From the NCBI GenBank assembly GCA_010093815.1, contig ML996576.1: a stretch of 64,000 nt of DNA; one strand, written 5' to 3'. Positions 35,486 through 48,936 of the stretch are shown one piece after another. The notes under the pieces are model-generated. The model was not told the DNA's origin, made no database searches, and saw only the letters and a program-made list of their open reading frames with translations. The DNA is from Pseudovirgaria hyperparasitica (lineage: Eukaryota). Position 1 is the stretch's first letter. Every line of letters begins with the position of its first letter. A program made the position numbers and the translations under genes.

Positions 35486-37284
35486 GGATAAATCCACAGA
35501 ACAGGACTGCTTGGGTCATGAACCAGAGAATACCGTGCAGTACCCTTATTTGGCATGGTAAGACCCTAATCTGTAAGTAAGTACAGGAAGGTGAGATTTT
35601 AGATCTGATAGCTAGATCAATAGATCAGATTACTAGAATATTAGCCCAATTCCCTTCCCTCGTTCCCGCCCGTGAGTGTCCGCTCCTACCGCTCGCGTGG
35701 GACGGCTCACTGGCAACCTAACCCGTCCCACTCTCCCTAGACCCAAACCTACTACTCACACAGATGAACTCCTAAATCACTCATCATCACCAAGCCGTGT
35801 TCCAACAGCCATGCATAAAACGAGCACATGAAAATACCCGCCACTCACACGCAACCAGACCCCGCGCTGCGAGTCCCCTCGTTTCATGTTACAATATCCT
35901 GTACGTCAGATTCTCCGGTGCAGGCGAATACATAATGTCCGACGCGCTGCCCATGCATGCCTTGCCTGCAACTCTCGCGACGATCCAGCGCAAAGAAGGG
36001 GAAGAAGAAGAAAAAAAAATTCATTTCTTCACCCTGTCGTCCAATGCTTGATTAGCAGATGCTGTGCTCCTCAAGCACGTTACACTTGCGTGGATGACTG
36101 GCATACGGTGGATTGGATGAGATGGGTATAGATCTATGTATGGGTGGGTATAGATGCATGAATGACGCCACGGCCGCTTTCCGCGCGCCCGGGGCACACG
36201 GGACGAAAGTATGGACATGTGCGGGTGCAGGCATATGTATCGCGAAAACGGCAAGAGATATGTTATAGCACCGATTGAGATATAGGCTGCAGCAGCTCTG
36301 ATTACCATGTTCGTTCATCATCATGTTTGTCGCCATGGTTGTCGTCTTCATGCTCCCCCCCCCCTCGGATCTCTTTGTGATTCTATTAACACATGGGAGG
36401 AGGGGGTTGGAACGGGAGTCCAGAATGCCGTCTTGCAAAATGCAGTAGAGACCGCCATGTGGGCAGGAAAATGCGATATGGTGTATACTCGCGCCTCATT
36501 ATACCTCTGTAGAATGATTGTGCCATGCTATTCTCTCTCTTGGTCATGGTTTGTTGGTTCGTTTGTTTGTTTGGGGGGGTGAAGCAGTGGTGATGATTTG
36601 GAAGCGTTCACGCGATTCTTTCACTGAACACTGCATTGCGCATCTGTCCTACTGTATTGTCGTCGTGCTTGCATCTTTAATACGGGTTCCGCGGTCCAAT
36701 CGCATGTTCTCGTTCTGCTGAACGTTATGTGCTGTTGATCATCGCATGGCATTCTGCACACTGCACGATAGTCCGACACGCGATCGTTCCTTGCAGCCCA
36801 CAGGGAACCATAGATCGAGGCGTCGATCGTCTGGAAACAAGCCCTGGCATAGACACGACATGTGTATAGTTGCCTGAATATAGCACACAGCACCAATGAT
36901 GAAGAGGAGGAATGGCCGAGTTGGGAGGAGTAATGTCAAAGACTAAATTCGGAATTTCATATTCGCCTGTGGCAAAAGGGTATCGAAAGGGAGATAACAT
37001 AGTATCTATGAATGTACAAGACGACGAAAAGAGGATATCGAGAAGGCCGTCTGTATAATCCACGAGGAACCATAAACATGAGAACGGAACACTTCCAAAA
37101 TAGACCAAATACAAAGTCCAAGAATCGCTCAAAAGATCCACCCTTTGTTGCGAAGCTTTTTCCATACCTATCGCGCTTTGTTATGAGAAAAGCTTTTTTG
37201 ACGCCACGCCGTGCCACCCCATGTCATCCCTCCATTGTATATCATTACACTCGTATAGTCCGTTTCACACATATTCACATGTAC

Positions 37285-38886
37285 CTAGTAAGGGCTCCGC
37301 TCAGAGTATACTGGAGCTCCATAACCAGCATTTCCTTGTTGTGAGTATGCCACATAACCCCCACTAGCGTTCACATCCACACCCCCGTTCATGGGTACCG
37401 GCGCTGCAAAGTTGTAGCCAGTGGCGATACTAGTATGGTCATGTGTGTCCCCTTCATGCTCTGATGAGCCTAGCGAACTCGCTCTCTCACTGCCATATTG
37501 GCTCGAGCTCGATACCATGATGTTATCGTTCGTGGACGAGGCGGTGGATGAAGATGACGACCATGTGGACAATCCCTGTTGCGATGAACATAGTCCCGAT
37601 GTAGATGTCGATGACGGGTTTATGCGCCGATCCTTGCCGCGGCCTTTGATGCCTTTGTTGGAGTTTTTGTACAAGTTCTGAAAATAGTCCCAGAGGTCCC
37701 TCTCAGTAGGCGTCATGCTGGAGGACGACGAAGTGGACATGAACTTAGATGTCAAATAACGGATTGTGGTGGAGTGAAATTTATTTTGATGTGACTGTTG
37801 CCGGTGTCAGAATGCGCATACATAGATGGGAAGAGTACAAACGGGCAAGGTCATATACGAGAAAGAGGTACTCAGAGAAGGCTGTGACATACCTTTAGAT
37901 TACCAAGCTGCGTGAATGTCTTCCCACAGTCGTCCAGCCGGCACATGAATGGTTTCACACCCCCATGTACCGCCTGATGAGCGCGCACATTGCCCCTTTG
38001 CGCAAAGGTCTTGCCGCAGATATCGCACTGGTACGGACGTTCGCCTGTGTGCCGGCGTTCGTGCGTGCGCAAATTGCCCAGTTGTGAGAAAGACTTTCCA
38101 CAACCAGGTGCGTGGCATGGGAAGGGCCGTTCGTTGGTGTGCGAGCGGTTGTGGATTTCGAGATGGGTTTTTTGCGTGAAAAGTTTGCCGCATTTCTTAC
38201 CATTCCGGGTGACGGTACATTCATACTGCTTCTTAAGGGTCCTTCTACCAGAGGTCGTGCTGGGGACGGGCTGGAGGGTGTCAGTGATGCGCAACGTTGA
38301 AACCGCGGGCGAGCGATAGATTTACCTTAGGAGTAGACACGGAAGACTCATCCTTGGGATCTTTGGACTTTTGTTGGATGGCCTTCATGAGTGTATCCAC
38401 ATCTGTATTGAATTCTGCGTGGCTTTCGACCTTTTTGTCCAATTGTTGATCTGTACTTTGAAATAGCTGGGATGGTTGAGTGGGCGATCCGACTTCTGAC
38501 TTGACGACAGGGCTGGAGATCGATATACCGTTCTTGGCCTCTCTCACGATTGGTACATTGATTCCTGTGGCAGTCGCGAATCGCGACTGTGGCTGGGGTT
38601 GAGAATGCGGTAAGGTATGCTGGTAGTTGACTTGATTGATCTGGCCCATGTGATTGAAACCCGGTTGTACGTTGTAGTTGGCCATGCTAATGGGGCCCAC
38701 TGCGAATGTACCAGACTGAAAGGGCATGGCAGTGACAACAGGTTTGTGCTCCATGGCGTATGTACCAGACTGGAATGGAACTGCCGTCACGACTGGTCCA
38801 TTATTGTATACAGGCGTTGGCGCTGGCGCTGGCTGGCTATGATGATGATGATGTTGTTGTTGTTGCTGTTGAGGTTGCTGTTGCTC

Positions 38887-38919
<33 letters not shown>

Positions 38920-39114
38920 TTGTTGTTGGTGATGGTGGTTCTCGTGCTGATGTTGATACCGAGTCTGGTATCCGATATTTGTCGTAGGAAGTGAATTATG
39001 CCTGGTTGGCTGACCATAACTAGGCATAAATTGGGCCATATTGAACGGCTGCATGTTTTGCTCTGATCGTCGAGGCCAGAATGCACTCTGATGATGTGCA
39101 ACAACAGCTGCCAT
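37285..39114 (-). CDS. AZF1: C2H2 zinc-finger transcription factor, AZF1 family, with poly-Q N-terminal region. Exons 39114-38326, 38270-37893, 37794-37285.
   Basis: Four C2H2 fingers with HTNERPF and HTGERPY linkers. FTQLGNLK|SHQNKFH and LYKNSNKGIKGRGKDRRI are AZF1-family signatures. Canonical introns. Confidence 0.88.
38854..38928 (-). repeat. Coding CAA/CAG poly-glutamine tract flanked by His runs
   Basis: Translates as HHHQ15EQQQPQQQQQQHHHHH in the AZF1-like ORF. Confidence 0.9.
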
Positions 39115-42100
39115 TGGTTACGGTCCGACTGGAGCCCAGTGAGTGATGTCGATATACAACAGGATGGTGTTGGTATAGACAACTTAGATCACGATGATCT
39201 TCCTGATAATCATACCAGACCCAATGTGATCTGACAGGAGAAATGACAGGTAGGGACGTGTGTTACTGGCGTTAACATATAGTCAAAGGGAGGCTCTGTG
39301 GTCCGAAAGCCTGGTAGGAGGAATAGGGTCTACATATACAGGAATACTGGCATTTCAGAAGCCACTATAGCAGAACCGGGGTTAGGACCATCTAGGAAAG
39401 GAATCGGACAGGGAAGACAGGGAAGACAGGGTCAGACAACGAGGCGTCTAGACACTTAAAACAGAGATGAGCGGACAGGTGCGCTCGGGCCCCGCTGCTG
39501 TAAGCCCCGTTCACGCTGTCAAAGCATACGGCGCTTCGTTGCAGACCCGTGTTTGGAGAGCTGGGAGCAATGACAAGAGAGTAGGCATGTTGGCGTGGCA
39601 GTAGAACAATGTGGCAGCGGCAGCCCTCCATGATCGGGGCATGGAAGGACGATGCGATGCGCAAGGGTCCCTACGGCCCTTGCCTCCCGACCAAAACTAT
39701 CCTGGACCGAGCGAGAAGTCTGGAGTCGATTAGGGAAGAGGGGGGGGGGGGGGTGGGTATCATCGAATGGCTAGGCTAAGTAAGTCCACTTTTCTCTCCA
39801 CTAGACCCACAGCATCAAACCCGGCTGCAGGCCTGTGGTGAGTAATGGGGGCCAGTCGCGATGAAGGCATGGCTGCTGCTCTAGTGATGGATCAGAAGAG
39901 TGAGAGCACGCGTGGGGGCAGTCTCGTTGGATCTGGAGTTGCAACAATTCGTGTGGATAGTAACATCAGCATCGTTCGCATAAAGGATGACGAACGTGTT
40001 CCTAGGTTTGATATGAGTATGGAATGGATGATAGTGGACGCCAACGCCAAAATGTACAATTAGTCTGTGGAACACGATGTTAAGATCAGATGGGTGCCTC
40101 GCGAGCAGAAGGACCAAAATAGTAGTGACAAGGCCGGTCCGTTTATGATGCATGTACCTGACCTTGAAGCTGAGGTGACGAGGACAATTGAATGAAAGTA
40201 GGGTCAAATAATCAATGTGAATACCTGAGATGTTGGCATGTCATCGGTCTCAATGAGTGGGATCGAAAATCTAGGGTATACGAAGGCAAGTTGGTAAGCA
40301 GTCCGTGTAGCGAATCCGGCAAACCGAGGGGGATACGGACTGGACGGTTTCAAGAAGCTGCATACGCAGGACTTGCTGGTATGGTGAAATTCCCAGAAGA
40401 GCTGGTTCTGTGTAGTGTCATGTAGCGGAGCAGAGAACACGCTTTCCCCTGACTCCAACGCGTCCTCCTTGCCAAATCGGTCAGTTGGAAACCTAGCATG
40501 CACAAAGTCCCACGAGGGCGAGGATCTGTGCAGTCAGCTTTGCGCCGTCAGCGTGGGACCCGGGAACGGGGCGGCGTAATCCTGGCTGCTTGGATTGTCT
40601 CTAACGAGAATGGAACAGACGTGTGTATGCTCTGTTTCTTGCTGACGAGAGGGGGAAATGGAATTTGATATTGGACATGGTGACGGAGAATAAAGTCAGC
40701 AGCCGAGAAACAAATAGGCGCGTGGTAGGAGGGCGATTCGGGAAATATGATACTGGCATGGCAATGCATTGTTCGTGAGTAGTGAGTAGCGAGCAGTGAA
40801 TAGTAATAGTATATAGCATTCGCGGACAAGTTGTGATAGTAAGGACCCGCCCACAACGGAGGGAGGGACTTTTAGGGCGGGAGTGGGCAGCCCCAGGCGG
40901 TTGGACCAACGCGGTCGCCCCCGTCGCCGCCGCCGCCGCCGCTACTTGAGCTGCTAAACAGACAGACAACACAGTGCCTACTGATACAGTAGATAGCAAC
41001 CTGCGGCTCACAACAACGGACGATAAGTTCTACATTTGTCGCAGTTTTTATGTCTCGTGCTTGACATGCGAATAACATTTCATTCTGTAGCTGTATAGAG
41101 GTCCTGATCAGCATAGTGAAATCCCTTCTCCCGCCTCTGGGCGCCTGGCTGGCGGCGGCGGCCTGCGGGATGAACCTTCGTGCCCGATCTGGCACCTGTG
41201 ATTGGCCTGTTTTGCTGCTGCCCACATGGCCCTCCCACTCCCCACCACCCTACCTACCGGCCAAAACAAACCCTTTTGTCTGATGTCTGACCTATATCAT
41301 GATGAGATACGAATACACACTTGATGCCCACGTTCCTGCCAGGCTTACCTGCGAAACAAACATGAGTAGACGGAGCAAACGCGGTCCTGGAGAGGAAGCA
41401 ATCTATTCCTTTCAGCCATGACGAGAACCAGATGCACATCCGCTCCGCTCATTTGTCAGAGGCTCAGTGATTCGCTCGCCTCGTAGATAATGGATACTAA
41501 TAAGGAGTGGAGGTCGCGGCACAGAACACAGCAGTGATCGACACCCACAACAGATGTCAATGGCCACCTTAGCCCCAGGGCCAGCCTCACTTGCCTTCCC
41601 ACCAGCGTGGATACCGATAGTCTCTCCTGTCACCCTGTCTCTTGTTCCTGTCTCCTAACCCTGTCTCCTGGCCTTGGGACACCCTATCAAATCTGAGCCC
41701 ATGCAATTTCTTCGTTTCTCCCCTACCTCGTTGACCTTGGCTCGTTCGCGGTAGTGAACATTGTCCGTACACTACCATCTCACAAGCATAAACATTCAAC
41801 AAACCAAAGCCACTATTATACACCGGTGCTATTGTCAACACTACCTTTCGACAGTGGTTTCACTTCCATCTCCATCTCCATCTCCATCCGAGCAGTCTGA
41901 CATGTCCCTGCTGCTAAACAAAGCCAAAGCGTGTTGCCATGATTATCATTGATGACTTAGCGAGTCAAGCTTCGCTCCACTTTTCCGCCTTTCCCCACGC
42001 CGCCGGCTCGTCCATATTGCCGGGATAGTTATGCTTGAAGGTTCTGATTTTGGCCTTGTCTGCTCTGACTCCGGCTCTCTTTGTCTTTCTACCAGGTTAG

Positions 42101-45100
42101 ATGTGAGCACAGCTCCAGCTTCGTCATCCCGCATCGATTGTCGGACCGTCTTCTGATGAGCAAGATCTAGTTCAGACTCCTTGCTTGAAGCTAGATATTT
42201 CCCGGATCCTCTTCGCCAAACCTGTCGAGGATCCCTCGTTCAACTCCTCGGCGACGAAGCCTGCTGCTGCATCTCCTTGTCTGCCAAGCTGCATCCTTCG
42301 CCAATCGAGCTCCCTGTCCTGACCAGATACATGCAAGCCTCTCCATCTCAGTGTACGACCCAGATGCTACTTTCCAAGCCTCGTGGACACCTTCTCCACG
42401 AGAATTATGCACACGTAATGGTCGGGCTACACCGTGGCAATCACTCTTGCAACCCCTGGTCTCAGCTTCGTATGTGGCTTCCGTGACAGCAATCCGGTTC
42501 CAGTTCCTTGGTACAGGTAACAGGCTCAATACGCTGTGTCGCCACAGACGAGTATTTATGCACAACATGACGACTGCACTATCTACCTGCCCTCACCGCC
42601 TGAAGAAACATCTCTGGACGCAGACGAAACTTTCAATTCAACGCAACGCATTATTCTGGAAGGATCTGATAGCATACAATTACTGCAGTTTGCTTCTGAT
42701 GACCTGAACGGACGGATGTGGGATGGTAGGATTGCAACACACGTCTGCCTATCCATGTGTTCGGGCACTAAAGCCGGGGAAGGCTCGCCGTCCGTCCGAC
42801 CGTCAAGGACATGGATTGAAAATTTCGACTATATGGAAGTCTTCTTTTGGCATTCATAATGAGCAAGATATTGAACATCTGGTCGGAGTACGTCGGACTG
42901 CATTCATTATTGCCAACTTGAGTAATGACTGCAGCCAATTGCACATGGTGACGATGGAGAAACCCATGCCCATACAATGGGATGGCAATCTTGCTGGTAC
43001 TCTGTATAGCCCATGTCCCTGACCACCAACACACTTCAGGACCATCAAGACGCATGTGTGGACCAGACTAAAGTTGACGTCCCTGCATCAATTGCCACGA
43101 TCAATCAGCCTCGCGGTAGTCCGGACGTGCCCAGTTTCAAAATCCCAGTCTTCCAAATCACCGCGCCAAAACAGGTACCAAGACACCCAAGTACGTTAGC
43201 CACCATTTCTAAAATAGAACACAGCTGCAAGGTCCCCAGATCCGATATCTCGCAGCTCCAGGATCCGCCAGGATGTCACGATCGAAAGCAGATATTACCC
43301 GCCATACGACTACAGGCATACAGGCCTCGGCCCTGTTGTGTCGTTCGGCATATAGCAGCCCACAGCATGCATTGCCTTCCCGAGTGAGTATTGCAGTAGT
43401 GCCATCGGACCGCTACTTCCACGCGCGTAGACTGCTGTATATCAGAGTGCTTAAGGGAGCGCTACGGAGATTGAGGGAAAGAGACGCCAGGCTCACGGCT
43501 TGCGATTCGTGGGAGACGTTGCAATACATGCTTGTGCGTCGTACATAGTACAGCGGCCTGTCCGTGGCCGGAGAATATTTGCGAATGATGTTGAGAATCG
43601 AATGGCTGTCAGGTTTTATCGCGCAAAGTAATGTAAGTTGCGGGCGTAGAATCCTGATTCCTGGTTTGTTTCTGGCGGCGGTGAGGTTCCTGTCACGCTG
43701 TTTATCGTTATGTGCTTCAGAACGTAAACATCAACATGACTCGATTCACCAATGCACCCACCTATCACCTAGCAGTGTAAACGCGCCGAGCTAGGCAGAA
43801 TCAGGACGAGCAGCATTTGTTTTGGCGGCATCTAACGCATCAACCGCGGCTCCTGCTGGAACTTCTGACACAAAAAAGCAACTCTATAGTCTCAGAATAC
43901 CACTTATGCTATATATCTGCTCATATTTCAATCAGGTGAGTACACCTTAATTCCCAGTACAGTGATGACGGCACGCACCGCCACCACCGCCGCCTCCCCA
44001 AGGACAGTGCCCAGCCCAGCTCCCACCAACCGCCCGGCTAATTTCTCTCCACTCCCGCCCGAGGAAACTCCCTCCTCCCCCCGTCTGCCCCCGATTCCCG
44101 CCCAGGATTAGCGACAACCCCGCCGGGATCTCGCCTGGATCTCGCCGCACATCGCCGCCTCCCCCCCCCTTTCACCCCTCACCCCTCACCCCAGCTGCTT
44201 ACCCCCAGCTCGTTCACTCTCGTCATGGTAGCACCCCCTAATATCCCCAAATCTCCCACCTCCCCACGTCGACTCAGTCAATATCGACGTCCATTATGGA
44301 CCCAAAAATATACAGCGAAATGAAAGGGCAAAGGACCGTCTGCCAGCGCAAGAAATAGCGGCGCGCGAGGCTCCGAGCCTCGATCCACGCGTCCGCGGGC
44401 GGGGAGGTACAGTAGCCATCCATCCATCTGGCCCTCCATCTAACAGGGGTTACAGAACTCACCGATCGCCTCAATAACAACTCACCAGGACTGCATGATC
44501 TCTAACCACTTCGTTGGCCACGGAGAATATTAGCATGAATGAATCTTCCTTGACACTCTAAAAATGGTAGCCTACTATTAGTTCACTACCCTATACTAAG
44601 TCTTGACGTGTTCGAGTATAGCATGAAGCATGAGTACTCGGTCTGTTGAGGCCCTCGCATACGACTGGCGGCCATTGTAATCCCTGTTGTATCCAACAAT
44701 CTGTTGAATCTGTATACCTGCACTTGCATACTGCTAAATGGTCTTGAGCGGATCGAAATGAGAGGCGTTTTTGTAGCCAGTAGAAGGACACACCCAAATT
44801 CATCGCTCACTCGCCGAGATTTGGTCCACACAGCTGGTGAGTCTCATCAGACTCACCTCGTGAATCCTGACAGGTCCTATTCCCATCTTGTGTTCATTAT
44901 CCGCTCTGGTGGCTGCGAAGTGGACCACGCTAGCATAGCCCTTATAGGTCACGAGCATCGCTATGTGCTGGGACGTCGCAGCCCAACAGCCCGCCATTCG
45001 ATATGTGACGAATCTGGACACTGGACAAAGTCCTCTCAGCCTTCTCTCGTTGTCAACCTCGCGATGAGATATCACACTGGCTGTGAAATAAATGGATTGT

Positions 45101-47740
45101 GTCTCTCGGAACACTTCTGGATGGCAGTGTTTACTCGACGTGAAACTGCAAACGGATTGCAGAGCATTGAGACCCCAACACCGCACTCCTGCCGCCAGAC
45201 ATGTATTCCCATTGTTTACCCCAACTGTCATGACATCGCTTGTACATTCCCAGATCTGCAACACTTAACTTAGCCTTGTCCCGTAGGTTTACTCATCATC
45301 ACAGCCCAACGGCCGCGCAGATGCTGACACGCGACCTCGTTCCAGTCCACTGCACTCCACATCTCGTCTTCCCTCCAATGACCGCTCCGTCACTCACCGC
45401 GTTGACTCGGCACTTATGACATGGGTAGGTAGAGTAGAGGGGCACAGCACATCATGGTACAGATGGTGAGATGTGAAGGGAGAAAGAATGAATGAAAGGG
45501 ACGTCTTTGGGAAATGCAGCGGTTGGGATGTGCATCGCGGAGCAGCCCGAGATCGCACCATACTATGCTATCCTCCTATCCTCGACACTCTATCGGGGGC
45601 GTATGTTTGGGCAGAATGATAGGAGGGTATGACTCGGATCTGCTCCATGATGACTCGAGAGGCGTGGTCAAACTTGATGTCTGACTCTTAATACATGCTG
45701 GAAGGTGCGTCTGCAAGTGGTGATGATAGGCGAGGACGAGAATGCGAAGACATCAATACAAGGCTCTTCGCTGTCTAGTTACGGTCTGGGGTCTTTTGGA
45801 CAGCACTGGAGGATCTGGAAATGATGGACGGCACAGTGGCGAAGGGGCAAGGATATCCAGAGTGAGGCTTCGACCAACGAGCACAGTGCCGTCTTATCCT
45901 TCAGACGTGACCGCGGTGAGGAACGAGCAGTATTGAGACTGTTGATGGAACATCACAGACAATGAGTGCTCGAGTCGGCTCGATTGTCTGAAAGACCTGA
46001 CTGAATAAAGAGATCGATATGCATGGCACCGCGAAACGGCAAACATTGCCTACTCGTCATGCAGAAACCACACAAACAACCACCTCGAATCACCCAAATC
46101 AGCAGCTAACCGTTCGTATCAGCGCAGCTACACGATCTCACTTGTTCTATCTGCCACTCCCAGCGCTCTCTATCAGCCTTTCACTCCCCTCCACCAGAGT
46201 CTCGTCACATTTTAATCTTTCCCTTAGACCAACTCGCGAGCCCAACATATATCCTGAAAAACACGCACAACACACAGTCCACGCAAACACGCCCAATCAA
46301 GACCACCCAATAAGACCAAAACACCACTGACTGTGTCTATACGCAACACGCCCACATCATTCGTCGTACACCCGGAAAGCCATCCCTCCCAAGCAAACCC
46401 ATCACACGGCCAGCATCTCTCACTCGACAATCTAATTCCAATCATTCCCAGAAAGGATGTTTCTCCACTTTCTTCCAAAACCCTCAACTCCATACAGAAT
46501 GCATGCACGACATTGGAGATGATCACTGTTGCCTCGCCCGGCGGAAAAGTGACTTCTCTGTTTCCCTCCTTCATTTCTCCCCCTTTACGTCCCATGCCAT
46601 GCGCGCTACCGTATGCATGTATGTACACATGTGAATTAGTGTTGACATAGCTTTTTGATCGCAATCCCAGAATACTATCACAGTCATGACCGTGCAGTAA
46701 CGCTACCCTCTCAATGCCCAACTCAACCACCACTCTATCCTCACCATTCGCGCATACCTTCCAGTCTGATACCAGTATCAATCTATTTGTCCTCTCCCCC
46801 CCTTCCTCTTGTATTCCCAGTATCATCCCAGTAAGAAAACAACATCACCAAGCAAATCTACTGCCATAGCATTCATAGCAGCCAAAGCATGCATATCAAC
46901 CACACCAACCTCATCCACATCAGCATGCATGCACAGTAAGCGCGCCTAAATGCGCCCATCCTTTTGACGTACATTCTTTGCCAGCCTTAAATCGCGTCTT
47001 ACATCGCCTTGCTGCGTGGGACTTACCCGTTTAATCTGCCTGACTGGCTCCCCGACCTCTCGACGAGGATGTGTGTATGCGTCAGCGACTACCATGCTAT
47101 TTCCAGGTGTCTTTCTTGTGTTGGCACTCGCACTCTCAGTCGTGCATATTCATCTACTCCTGACAGTTTTGCGCTTCATAGGGATTATATGTCGAAGTGT
47201 CGGGGACATCGAACATACAGTCAGTTCCACACAGCAAGTATATGGCGGGCTTTTTGTGTATGGAACAGCTGACAAGTCTCTTCCTTGTAAATAATACGTG
47301 ATATGAAGTGGCATGTAAAGTGGTGTACGTGGTCAGACATACCTGGTATTTGTATCTTTAAGGTGGATTTATGTATATCGCGATCCTTGGGAATACTCGC
47401 TCTATTACGAAGTGACTAGATAGAAATGTCTTAGGGAAGAGATTCCTACATGGCCCTCTGCAGTTCGCGTAGTATATAGTATAGTATATATATGTAAAAC
47501 TCCAGATACACACATATTCACCTTATGTGCACAGATCAATACACGTAGCTATTCATTCATTCCGTATTTCAACACCACTCACATCCACCTCTATTCTACT
47601 ATCCCAACCCCTATGCCAATCCCTATTCATAACTTTGAACCCAACGCCACACACACCACACACACACACACACACACTTAAAACCCCCCAAACTTCCTTC
47701 AAATCGAAGCGAGATGAAAGTGATAACACCATAACCTACC

Positions 47741-47822
47741 TCTCCTCTTTCTCCTCTTTCTCCTCTTTCTCCTCTTTCTCCTCTTTCTCCTCTTTCTCCT
47801 CTTTCTCCTCTTTCTCCTCTTT
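47741..47822. repeat. Perfect 9-bp minisatellite (TCTCCTCTT)x9, preceded by a (CA)n tract at about 47649-47677
   Basis: Directly visible; pure polypyrimidine/polypurine tract. Confidence 0.95.
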
Positions 47823-48936
47823 ACTCCCCCTGATCCTCTCTCTCTTACCCATTCCTTACTTTCCTCCCTTTCCCCCCTCCTCCTTCTACCTACCCAAGAC
47901 TACACTATTCCTACATCCCTAACCAAGACAACAAACAAACAAACAAACAGAACAAAGTGTTCCTAAGCACCAAGCACCGAGATCAGAACCAACAACACAT
48001 CCAAAAGAAGACTATTTTTTTCATGGGAATGAACAGGTCCGAATTTGGCCGCATATTCCAAGACGAGGGGGAGGGTAGTATTTCGTAGATCAGTTGCCAG
48101 GAGCGCTGTGTCTGTGTATATGTATTGAGACACAGACAGGAGAGTACGAGTGAGAGATGAATAGGGGCGAGTGGAGACAGGATTTCAACATGGAGCTGTG
48201 TGGAGTGTGGAGGATGAAGAGGAATATTGTTCGTTCGGTGCAATAGGCGGGTCCTATTCCACAGCCGGCCAAAACCGTCTAGAGTGGAGGCCAGACGAAC
48301 TCTTGTTCACATACACAACCGCATGTGCCAGAGCCACAGGCACACAAACACACGGACACGGAGACCCGGACGTCAAAACAGCATGCACATAAAAGAATAA
48401 TAAACCATCTATAACACAACTACGGAAGTAGTCAACCCTCAAAAGTCAAGCCCTTTAGATATAATCGTATCGCCAGCCAATCCTGCTCTCCTCGAGCACC
48501 TGCATATATAAAACGACGGCAGATGGCGCACATTGTGCACACATCCCCGCCATTGTGGTGGAGGATATCCTTCATCACTGTTTAATAAGTGTCGATTTTA
48601 GCGAGATCCAAAACAGATTCCTCGGATGATCCGTATTGCGCCACTGCTGTTCCAAATGCTGGCTCGAAAAGTGATGGGCCCAAAAACCAATCGAATAATG
48701 TAATTAGTGGAGTTCGCTTGCCAGATTTGAAGCTCAATGCAAATGTCCAGGTCTAGTGGTGGGAGACCATAGTTAAGACAGGTGTTGACACGGCTGCACA
48801 TGTATTGCGCAAAATATGGCGATGAAGGAGCTGAATAGAGATACAGTGGGTAGAACAGGCGAAGAAGCCATCGTTCGTGTTCGATTGATCTGTGCCGTCC
48901 CGACTCTCCAACGAGTAAGTAGCTTGTTGAAGGTGT

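Noticed and set aside
35706..35721. TAGGTTGCCAG (minus strand) resembling a hAT terminal repeat
   Set aside because: Imperfect match, and no partner terminus found in the window.
42153..42190. CTGATGA-GCAAG...CTTGC-TTGAAG resembling a hammerhead ribozyme core
   Set aside because: Stem II is not followed by GAAA and stems I and III could not be formed. A similar near-match at 37461 is antisense to coding sequence.
39300..48900. Numerous 60-200-aa ORFs in the AZF1-TUP1 interval
   Set aside because: No recognisable domains, mostly non-ATG starts, and no coherent exon chains. No tRNA or 5S rRNA signature was seen by eye.
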